DNA of 64,000 nucleotides from Patescibacteria group bacterium (GTDB lineage Bacteria > Patescibacteriota > Microgenomatia > Levybacterales > UBA12049). The position numbers and the translations under genes are program-made. The notes beneath the pieces are model-generated. The model was not told the origin of the DNA. It searched no databases and worked only from the letters and a program-made list of their open reading frames with translations. The stretch lies in NCBI GenBank assembly GCA_041743715.1, contig JBGTMH010000080.1, positions 8,529-72,528 of the forward strand, given 5' to 3'. Below, piece by piece: positions 56,697 to 64,000 of this stretch. Numbering within the stretch: position 1 is the first letter of the stretch; every line of letters begins with the position of its first letter.

Positions 56697-56858
56697 GTAA
56701 TGTTTTTTGTTCCCGCATATGGAGAACCACATCACTTATCTCATCGATAAGTCTGGCACCCGACCCGAGAAACTAATGAGGGCTATAGCCCTGAGCCTGT
56801 CGAAGGGTTGCCGGCCCCCGCTGAGCAGGGACACTCTTGATATAATGTTATTAAAACA
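56697..56858 (-). promoter_or_regulatory. Putative SAM-binding riboswitch (SAM-I/SAM-IV clan-like) in the metK 5' leader, with candidate sigma70-type promoter
   Basis: Minus-strand leader: TTGCAA-N17-TTTAAT ... cattatATCAAGAGtgtccctgctcagcgggggccGGCAACCcttcgacaggctcAGGGCTATAGCCCTcattagtttctcgggtcGGGTGCCAgacttatcgatgagataag. It shares the AUCAAGAG, GGCAACC and GGUGCC landmarks of SAM-I/IV aptamers, plus a P1-like UAUC/GAUA(AG) closing pair and a perfect internal hairpin AGGGCUAUAGCCCU. The class assignment is uncertain. Confidence 0.45.
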
Positions 56859-56861
56859 TAT

Positions 56862-57887
56862 TTAGGTATAATTTGCAAGAGCAGTATTCGAAGCTTTTCT
56901 TTTTTCTCCTTCCCGTACCCGGGCATAATTAATCACAAATAATATAAAGACATTGGCGAGTAAACCGAATATTTCATACCATTGCAGCCGCATCAATGCA
57001 AAAAATTCTGTCAGTAGAATAGTAATGAGCATCGCAATATGAAAATAGCGATATCCTTCAACTTTTGAAAATTTGAGCGCAAAAAGTCCTATCAGTACAA
57101 ACGCTCCTGCCAATATAGAAGCATACAATTGTCCAGCTTCGCTAAACGGAAGCTCAGGCCGGATAACAAAAAGGTATGCAGACTGAGCAAATGTCCAAAA
57201 AGTCTGGAGTACTAGAAAGATAATAACAACATTCAAAATAACCCCTGATCGGGCAACTGCATAATACTGCTTACGCAACATCAACCGAAATCGCGTCAGA
57301 ATCCCAGGACGAGGACTTGGGACAACTTCCAAACGAACAAGTAACCGTTTTAATGCTTGCACAATAGGATTTTTGGGGTCACACTTCTTTAAATACTCCC
57401 CTGCCCGTTTTTCCTCTTCGGTATCGAAATCATTGATCGCTGATTCCTTGATCATCTCAATAGCATTGACTAAATATTCTCGTTGCGAAATCTCCTGATA
57501 CCGTGGAATAAAACGAGAGATAAGAAAAAGCAGGACAAAAATAATATAGATGAAGGCAATAGTGGGTTCAAAAAAATAATCATTTGTACTCGTGACAAAT
57601 TTCCCCAGCTCATCAATGAAAGCGCCAAAGCCGATACCCCCCAGAATGGACGCAATTCTTGCTGATCTTTGACTGAGAAAAGACAAAAGAATGATCAGCG
57701 CAGCAAGCATAAAAAAGCCGCCCCAGAGCATATGAGCAATATGAATCCCTCCGCCACCCAGTTGCGGATAATCGGTTACTTGCAAGAAGATTCGTATCAA
57801 AAAGACACTCACCACAGCAGAGACCAAAAAATTTTCCCGGTAAGAACCAGCGTCAATATTTCGAATAAAAAGATCTTGGGAGCTCAT
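56862..57887 (-). CDS. Polytopic membrane protein (hypothetical)
   Basis: Eight or more hydrophobic helices and a Gly-rich segment QLGGGGIHIAHMLWGG. Start set at MSSQDLF. Confidence 0.45.
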   Translation of the reverse strand: MSSQDLFIRNIDAGSYRENFLVSAVVSVFLIRIFLQVTDYPQLGGGGIHIAHMLWGGFFMLAALIILLSFLSQRSARIASILGGIGFGAFIDELGKFVTSTNDYFFEPTIAFIYIIFVLLFLISRFIPRYQEISQREYLVNAIEMIKESAINDFDTEEEKRAGEYLKKCDPKNPIVQALKRLLVRLEVVPSPRPGILTRFRLMLRKQYYAVARSGVILNVVIIFLVLQTFWTFAQSAYLFVIRPELPFSEAGQLYASILAGAFVLIGLFALKFSKVEGYRYFHIAMLITILLTEFFALMRLQWYEIFGLLANVFILFVINYARVREGEKRKASNTALANYT

Positions 57888-57923
57888 CCGCTTATTATAG
57901 CATCTACAATTTGCCCGCATTGT

Positions 57924-58060
57924 GAGAGCGCGGAATGCACTTTTTTTCGAGAACGAATGCTACCGAAGCATGTATATAAACATATGCGGTACTCATGAGT
58001 TACCCCGAACAATGGTAACAAACGTAGGTACGGTGACGAAAAAAAGTGCATTCCACGCTC
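57924..58060. repeat. ~140-bp palindromic intergenic repeat element, copy B (copy A at 28165..28302)
   Basis: See 28165..28302. It lies in the divergent intergenic region between 56862..57887 (-) and 58149..58634 (+). Confidence 0.8.
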
Positions 58061-58148
58061 GTCATCTCAGAAGCTTCAACAATCATAGAATAACAACATC
58101 ATATTTGTGGACATTATATGAGTACTCAAGGTATACTGAAGATGGAGT

Positions 58149-58634
58149 ATGCATCAGAGTGAATTGAAAAAATGGATAATTATTATGGTAGCTGCGCTCC
58201 TTGTGATGATTGGCTTGGCACTCTCTGTACAAAAACCCGATTCCCTTTCACGTATTCCCTTATTTGCGCCAACGCCTACGCCCACACCACTTGCCTCAGC
58301 AAATATCACCGTGCTGATGCCTCTTGCAACATCTCTGGTCAGTCAAGAATTTGAAATAACAGGCAAGGCTCGTGTCCTAGAAAACATCGTTACCATACGA
58401 CTCAAAGACAAAATCTCAGGACAAATCTACTCACAAGTGCAAGCACTCACGACAGCAACAGAACCGGGGACCTATGGAGATTTTAGTGCCGTCATACAAC
58501 TTGAAGACGCCGATGATGCAGAACTCCTCCCTGGAGCAATACTCATCCTTGAAGTATTCCAAATCTCACCAACAGACGGAAGGGAAATCGACAAAGTCAT
58601 AGTCCCCCTCAAATTCCAACCAATTGCAGGTTAG
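58149..58634 (+). CDS. Membrane-anchored protein with Gmad2-like immunoglobulin-like domain (hypothetical)
   Basis: N-terminal TM helix, a PTPTPTP linker and a beta-rich domain (EFEITGKARVLENIVTIRLKD...ILILEVFQISPTDGRE) resembling Gmad2-type Ig-like domains. Confidence 0.4.
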   Translation: MHQSELKKWIIIMVAALLVMIGLALSVQKPDSLSRIPLFAPTPTPTPLASANITVLMPLATSLVSQEFEITGKARVLENIVTIRLKDKISGQIYSQVQALTTATEPGTYGDFSAVIQLEDADDAELLPGAILILEVFQISPTDGREIDKVIVPLKFQPIAG

Positions 58635-58635
58635 G

Positions 58636-58793
58636 AGCTGTCCCAAAATAAGTTATATAAAATCACTTAGGATTTTTGAGTGGAATTCAAGGCGCTAATC
58701 AGCGATAGTATACAATGTATACTTGAGTTGATTAGCAACGAAGAATTCCGCCAAAAAGACAAGTCAGTTTGTGTAAGTTATTTTGGGACAGCT
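58636..58793. repeat. Inverted-repeat element exactly filling the gap between convergent genes (16/16-bp perfect terminal IRs, nested internal palindromes)
   Basis: agctgtcccaaaataa (58636-58651) and ttattttgggacagct (58778-58793) are perfect reverse complements, with adjacent bases extending to ~20/22 matches. Inside are gctaatca...tgattagc and tatacaatgtata palindromes. Confidence 0.7.
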
Positions 58794-58795
58794 GC

Positions 58796-61042
58796 TTATG
58801 TAGGGACTTTTTTCATATAGCGCATCCGTGAATTTTTAATCACCTTTTCCCGGTTTTGCGTCTCATGGGGAGGCAAAGGTAAGGTATAGCACAAAAATGG
58901 TGATTGCGTGATGCTATCAATTGCCAGCTTAATAATTGCTTGATAATTTCCAAGCGCCAACAAATCTTCCTCCTTAAAGCGTTCACTAAATTCTTTGGCC
59001 ATGTACGGCGAATCTTGGGCACCGATAAGAAACGAGAACATGGTTCCCGCATTCCCAAAGATCGCTCCCCGTACGTCTTCTGGAATTTGCGAAATGTATT
59101 GATTGGCCAGGATTAAATTGAGACGGTATTTCCGCGCCTCGGACAGAATTTTGACAAAACTCGTCGTCGCAAAATTCTGGAACTCATCAACATAGAGATA
59201 AAAGTCCTTCCTGTCTTTCTCGGCCATGGTGACTCTATTCATCGCTGCCAACTGAATTTTTGTGATAATCATCGCTCCCAGAAGTGCCGAGTTATCTTCT
59301 CCCAACTTCCCCTGCGAAAGATTAAGTAATACTATTTTTTCTTCATTCATGATTTTTTCAAGATCTATCGTCGACTTAGGATTTTGGAGAATATTACGGA
59401 TAAAACGAGAAGAGAGGAACTGTCCGACTTTATTTAAAATCGGCGAGATTGCCTCACTTTTGAGCCGAGCAGGCATTTGGGCAAATTCTCCTTCCCAAAA
59501 ATTCCGAAGCACAGGGTCATCAATACTTGCCATAGCCTTTTGCCTGAAATTATCATCAGTGAGAATAGCCGGTATCATCAGCATCGTAGGTTGGGGCAAT
59601 TTGGTCACTGTCATGAGCGTATTGCGGAGAATATACTCAAGCCGCGGCCCCCATGAGTTCCCATAGAGTTTATTAAATATAGCGATTATCCCGGAGACTA
59701 CTAATTCCCGCTGATAATCATTGGTCACTTCAAGTGGATTGAGCAAAAAGGCATGGCCGAGATCTGATGGATCTAGATAAATCACATCATTGACCCGGTA
59801 AGACGGCACATAATCAAGGAGTGTATCGCACAAATCTCCATGTGGATCAATCACACATACCCCTTTTCTATTACGCATGTCACTGATGGCCAAATTCGCA
59901 ATGAGTGTTGATTTTCCGGTACCGGTTTTTCCAATGATATACATGTGCCGCCTGCGATCCTCTACTTTTATGCCAAACGTCATCATACGGTTTTTATATT
60001 CGGCCCTGCCAAAAAAATTAATGCCCGCTTTTTCTGCACTACTTTTCCTTTCAGCAATTGGAAGGCTTTCAGGTGGTTCTGAGAGGATTGTCTTATGCCA
60101 AGCAATGTTGTGAATGGTTGCGAGCTTCATCGTCGGGAAATGATAGAGTGTCGCGAGTTCTTGTACGTTGAGAATTTGCTGTGGAACAAATCTTCTTGAG
60201 CGGGTCAGCATACTGTGCAATAACCTCTTTTTTTGCCAGAAATAGACGTTTCGGAAAACCATACTATTTCCTGATGGATTATTAAACGTTGCAAAACTAT
60301 TAGCAATTTCGCGGATCAGGCTCTGACTTCGTTCTGATGATTCTGTATTGACGGCAATACGGATCGCTGTTTTAAATCCATTCACGCTAATTTTCTGCTG
60401 GATTACTTTACTATACGGATTAGGATGCTCGACCCCGGACGAGTCTTTTGATTTCCCGGCAGCTGCCCGTTCTCCCCGGCGCTGCCAACCAGTTCCGACG
60501 GGAATGATGAGGAATTGGATAGCGATTCGGTCTTGAGGCTGTGATTTGGATAAAAACCCCAAAAGTGACGCCAATGGATCGACATCTTTAAATTCACTAT
60601 AGATACGGATTGGATAGAATTCGCCATGGGTGAGTTTGATTTGACCGAGCGCAAGCGTGTGTGGCTCTGATGTCAGATTTGGTAAATAGTCTTCTCCCCT
60701 GGTGATTAATACCTTGGGATAGTGCGCGATAACTTGGCTCTCTATAAAACCTTGATACCGAAGGGGCAGCGAGAGAAAAAAGTGGACACCTTGTTCAATG
60801 ACCGCGATTTCCAGACTCAGTGGGACACCACCCCAGAACACATATGGGATCATATGCTTTTTGAGATTGGTCAAACTCGCCAAAAACTGCACCATAGCCT
60901 CAGGCGTTTCTTCACCAGTACGGGAAGTCCGAATCTCAAGCAGAATATGATCAGAAACTCCAAGCTCAGATAGGTTGGCTTGGGAACCTATAAATGGTAT
61001 TTTGTCAAACATAATTTTTATATTGAGACTATGTTTTATCAT
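58796..61042 (-). CDS. DUF87/HerA-FtsK-VirD4-like P-loop ATPase (TraG-D_C-like C-terminal region)
   Basis: Walker A YIIGKTGTGKST, Walker B-like FYLYVDEFQNF and the arginine-finger region RKYRLNLILANQ. 748 aa. Confidence 0.55.
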   Translation of the reverse strand: MIKHSLNIKIMFDKIPFIGSQANLSELGVSDHILLEIRTSRTGEETPEAMVQFLASLTNLKKHMIPYVFWGGVPLSLEIAVIEQGVHFFLSLPLRYQGFIESQVIAHYPKVLITRGEDYLPNLTSEPHTLALGQIKLTHGEFYPIRIYSEFKDVDPLASLLGFLSKSQPQDRIAIQFLIIPVGTGWQRRGERAAAGKSKDSSGVEHPNPYSKVIQQKISVNGFKTAIRIAVNTESSERSQSLIREIANSFATFNNPSGNSMVFRNVYFWQKKRLLHSMLTRSRRFVPQQILNVQELATLYHFPTMKLATIHNIAWHKTILSEPPESLPIAERKSSAEKAGINFFGRAEYKNRMMTFGIKVEDRRRHMYIIGKTGTGKSTLIANLAISDMRNRKGVCVIDPHGDLCDTLLDYVPSYRVNDVIYLDPSDLGHAFLLNPLEVTNDYQRELVVSGIIAIFNKLYGNSWGPRLEYILRNTLMTVTKLPQPTMLMIPAILTDDNFRQKAMASIDDPVLRNFWEGEFAQMPARLKSEAISPILNKVGQFLSSRFIRNILQNPKSTIDLEKIMNEEKIVLLNLSQGKLGEDNSALLGAMIITKIQLAAMNRVTMAEKDRKDFYLYVDEFQNFATTSFVKILSEARKYRLNLILANQYISQIPEDVRGAIFGNAGTMFSFLIGAQDSPYMAKEFSERFKEEDLLALGNYQAIIKLAIDSITQSPFLCYTLPLPPHETQNREKVIKNSRMRYMKKVPT

Positions 61043-61110
61043 AGCAAAACTACGCTCATTCTCAAAGATACGCTTGACTTATTTCTGACCTCTTTATATA
61101 CTCTCCTTGT

Positions 61111-61392
61111 ATGAATACGACAACCATTACTATTAAAACAACTTCCGAGACCAAAACCAAAGCACAAAAGCGAGCGGAAGCGCTTGGTGTCAACCTCAGC
61201 ACAGTTATCAATGAGTATCTCAAACAATTTATTAAGACAAAGACCACAACTGCTGGGCGATCTGAAGAGGAACCAAGTGACTATCTTATTCAGTTAATGA
61301 AGGATGGAAAAGTTGCTCGAAAAAAAGGAAAAGCATCTCCCGTGTTTGATAACGCAAAGGGTGCGATAGACTGGCTTCATAGAGAAGAATGA
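61111..61392 (+). CDS. Ribbon-helix-helix antitoxin-like protein (orphan paralog of the 61779..62084 antitoxin)
   Basis: N-terminal RHH-like region (TITIKTTSETKTKAQKRAEALGVNLSTVINEYLKQFI). The C-terminal motif KGKASPVFDNAKGAIDWL parallels EGKGSPLFKNAKESIEWL in 61779..62084. Confidence 0.5.
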   Translation: MNTTTITIKTTSETKTKAQKRAEALGVNLSTVINEYLKQFIKTKTTTAGRSEEEPSDYLIQLMKDGKVARKKGKASPVFDNAKGAIDWLHREE

Positions 61393-61485
61393 AAATGTGG
61401 TTTGCAGAAGATTCCTTGCCGACTTTACACTTACACGCCCCCTAATCATATCTCTCATCTTGACTTTTTTTTACCAGAGAACGTT

Positions 61486-61782
61486 TTATTTTATTTCTAT
61501 AATTTCTATTTTCCCCGTATAGAGCTCTTTATGCGTCCCCAGTAAGAAAAATTCTATAATGATATCCTCTCCCTCTTTAAACTCTCTATAAATTGCCCTG
61601 TAATCACTGGTTATATCTATACTTTTTAGTCCTTTATACTCTCTCTGTAATTCATGATTATTGAGTTTTCCATCGTGGGGATTCTTTTCAAAAACAATTA
61701 TTTTTTCTTTGAAGCTTTTACGAATTCTGACGTTTACTTTTTTTAACTTATCAATAAGATCTGGACTATAGCGTATTATCAT
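61486..61782 (-). CDS. Type II toxin-antitoxin system RelE/ParE-family toxin
   Basis: NNHELQREYKGLKSIDITSDYRAIYREFKEGEDIIIEFFLLGTHKELY is the RelE/StbE pattern. 4-nt ATGA overlap with the upstream antitoxin gene. Confidence 0.7.
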   Translation of the reverse strand: MIIRYSPDLIDKLKKVNVRIRKSFKEKIIVFEKNPHDGKLNNHELQREYKGLKSIDITSDYRAIYREFKEGEDIIIEFFLLGTHKELYTGKIEIIEIK

Positions 61783-62084
61783 ATCCCCTGTTTTTCAAGC
61801 CATTCTATAGATTCTTTCGCATTCTTAAACAAAGGAGATCCTTTTCCTTCCTTTCTATCCTTATCAGCTTTTTTAATTGCCTTCTTAAAGTATTCACTCG
61901 GTTCTTCAGTGAGACGGATATGAATATCTGTTCCGATAGTTTTTTTTCCTATAAAGTCTTTCAAAACTTTATCCAATACCGATTCAACAAAATACTCCAA
62001 ACTGACTCCATCTTTTTCAGCTTTTTCTTCTGCTTTTCTTTTCACGACTGGATCAATAGGAACAGACAATATTACGTGATTCAT
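61779..62084 (-). CDS. Type II TA system antitoxin (RHH/DinJ-RelB-like) cognate to the RelE toxin
   Basis: MNHVILSVPIDPVVKRKAEEKAEKDGVSLEYFVESVLDKVL (RHH fold pattern). Upstream of and overlapping the toxin gene. Confidence 0.65.
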   Translation of the reverse strand: MNHVILSVPIDPVVKRKAEEKAEKDGVSLEYFVESVLDKVLKDFIGKKTIGTDIHIRLTEEPSEYFKKAIKKADKDRKEGKGSPLFKNAKESIEWLEKQGI

Positions 62085-62546
62085 AGTAACTTCATCCTAC
62101 ACCACTTTGCTCATATTTTCAAGCAGGCTTTGAAGACTCTCAGACATATACTTTCCAAACCCTGCTCCTCCCAACCCAGCAAACACATACCCCATTTAAT
62201 TTTGAGTTATGATTTTACATTCTGTCTTTGACCTAATTTCACACTTCCAGACCCCATAGATTGAGACAAGATATCACTATTTTCGCCTGAGGAAAACTTG
62301 ACAATTAGCTTTATTTAGTATATTATAGGTCTATTCTTTCGCGAGAAAGAATAGTTCTTTAACAAAGGGGTATAAGATTTGTTAAGAAGAAGCACACTTC
62401 ATGCAAAGAGGTGCGATTGCTTTCGCAGAACCATTGAGAGGATCAGGCAAATTACTGGTCCTATGGATGGTTCTTGCGAAGGCCTTCGTACAAAACCCTC
62501 TTAGGCAAACGCCTAAGCGACCCTCCTAGCTAGGAAGTAAGTACCC

Positions 62547-63035
62547 ATGGTATCACGTACCGTTGGGTCAGAACATTCACCTCCATCAACAGGAAGTACA
62601 ACACCCCCTGGCACAACCCCGCCAGTAGTCACACCACCCGCACCAAGAGGAGACGCCATGAAAACAGCAGGCATTGTCGCCGGTATCGTCATCGGAGCGC
62701 TGATTCTTGCTCTCACTGGTTTCATTGCAGCCAATAGCATTCGCATACCGGCAGCAGTACAACCGAGTGAGACAACTCAGCGAGTCGACACAACCATCAG
62801 GCACATCACGGAAGCACCTGCACGCCCATGCGACCCGGTGAAGGATTTTACAGGCACCAAACCTCGCAACTGGGATCAGATAAGCGGCATGTACCAGTGG
62901 ACTTTCTACGGCGACCCAACTCGGGTTACTGTTCCGAAAGGCTGGTTTGTCTCAATCTTGGATCACGAGATTCACGCAGGTGGCACAATTACTCTCAGGC
63001 AGGGCGACATCGTTTCATGCTTCATTGACCCGTGA
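62547..63035 (+). CDS. Membrane-anchored hypothetical protein inside a GC-rich islet
   Basis: Pro/Thr-rich N-terminus, a TM helix (AGIVAGIVIGALILALTGFIAA) and a C-terminal beta-rich domain. The true start may be the internal MKTAGIV Met. The coding GC is well above the window average. Confidence 0.4.
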   Translation: MVSRTVGSEHSPPSTGSTTPPGTTPPVVTPPAPRGDAMKTAGIVAGIVIGALILALTGFIAANSIRIPAAVQPSETTQRVDTTIRHITEAPARPCDPVKDFTGTKPRNWDQISGMYQWTFYGDPTRVTVPKGWFVSILDHEIHAGGTITLRQGDIVSCFIDP

Positions 63036-63539
63036 CCCGCAAGGTTCATGACTGATACGACAACCATCGCATCAGAGGCATCCGACGAAAGGAGGACGTA
63101 CAGAGTACAATGATTGACCCTCGGGACGAGGAGCGTGTACGGCGAGTCGTTATACACAACTTCGCGCAAGCGATTGTATACGGCAAACCGTCACGCTCCT
63201 CCCTGGGGAAGTTTCTTCAAAACAAATAACAGACTGAACGCATATCTAATCGACTTGTCGCTTTGAGACATACCCGACGAGGATTTTCGTTTTACCTGTT
63301 CGTATGTATTTTTGATTTTTTTCTTTTGCTGAGACCTTTTTATTTTTTATCCGTCATTTTGACGATCTTTTGCAGAGATTTTTTTCATGCTACTATTACC
63401 TTATACCCTTTTTTCCTATATAGCTAATCCAGGAGATTGACTCGATAGGAGAAAATTTTTACTAACAATTTTGTGAGGGGAATCATTTAGGTTCTCACGA
63501 AGTCGGTGATCTCCAAGACAGTAAAATTATCGCGACTGA

Positions 63540-63995
63540 TTACGCTGCGGCACGGAATTTATTAACACTATACAAAGCTCCTCCACCAACAGCAGCTCCT
63601 ATACCCACTTTTGTTGCGGCTCCAACAACTGCAGCACCTGGAAGTCCGAGAAGCATGAGAAGAATAGCAAGCATACCTCCTGCTGCGGCTGCTGGACCTG
63701 CGGCTTTGATTTTATCCCAGACATCTTTATCAATATATCCATTTGCCTGCGCGTCAGCCAGGAGATTCTTAAAGCCTTCGTGTTGCTCGAAAATATCGCG
63801 GATCTTATCAATACGATTTCCCTGTGTATCACCCAGCCACTTCGCATCTACCAACCGTCCCAAATCATCTTTTTTGAGAACACCTACCCGCATCCGTTTT
63901 AAGAGAAGTGATTCGCCTATTTGCGCTTCAAACTGTTTTTTGACATCAGGATTATTATTGAGATACTGCTTCTCTTCGGCAGTGAGTGTGGTCAT
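63540..63995 (-). CDS. Hypothetical protein with C-terminal Gly/Ala-rich TM segment
   Basis: ORF of 151 aa with an N-terminal soluble region and a C-terminus AAAGGMLAILLMLLGLPGAAVVGAATKVGIGAAVGGGALY. Confidence 0.35.
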   Translation of the reverse strand: MTTLTAEEKQYLNNNPDVKKQFEAQIGESLLLKRMRVGVLKKDDLGRLVDAKWLGDTQGNRIDKIRDIFEQHEGFKNLLADAQANGYIDKDVWDKIKAAGPAAAAGGMLAILLMLLGLPGAAVVGAATKVGIGAAVGGGALYSVNKFRAAA

Positions 63996-64000
63996 GGCAT

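Noticed and set aside
1-64000. CRISPR array or rRNA genes
   Set aside because: No regularly spaced direct repeats with unique spacers were seen. The tandem repeats present are coding linkers, the 7-nt x3 run and the CCCTAxx run. No rRNA-like conserved stretches were seen.

Overview
AT-rich bacterial chromosomal window (GC roughly 38-40% by eye). It is gene-dense on both strands and shows no rRNA or CRISPR array. Main contents, in order:
(1) nt 1-5743: a tightly overlapping ABC-2-type transporter operon with one ATPase and six tandem permease genes that alternate between two paralog types.
(2) Housekeeping genes: hup (HU), rny, recX, recA, tRNA-Pro(GGG), metK with a SAM-riboswitch-like leader plus terminator, two FKBP PPIases, MazG-like and HD hydrolases, and a standalone LigD phosphoesterase.
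(3) Five giant secreted proteins of 674-1570 aa (6724..10185, 12315..16409, 40986..43211, 43358..45382, 46181..50893). They are built from shuffled modules: Kelch, SBBP and Vgb-lyase-like beta-propellers, Cna-B/SdrD-B-like and chitobiase-like domains, and Pro/Thr linkers. All five end in the same ~165-aa conserved C-terminal domain, which I do not recognise as a described family. Within 16.5-22.7 kb they are interleaved with three GT-C (TMTC/PMT/ArnT-like) glycosyltransferase genes (one frameshifted), an ISAs1 transposase remnant and a 268-bp direct repeat. I infer a surface-protein O-glycosylation locus.
(4) A defense island at 30.3-40.3 kb: type I R-M hsdR-hsdM-hsdS, an AlbA_2/HATPase_c_4 protein, a DUF1508 mini-cassette flanked by inverted repeats, RhuM, and an EVE-PD-(D/E)xK nuclease (type IV restriction candidate).
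(5) A RelE/RHH toxin-antitoxin pair with an orphan antitoxin paralog, a Cas4-like solo nuclease, a DUF87 ATPase, a 140-bp palindromic intergenic repeat present twice, and a GC-rich probable foreign islet near 62.4-63.2 kb.
Organism guess (inference only): a small-genome, low-GC bacterium, possibly CPR/Patescibacteria-like.
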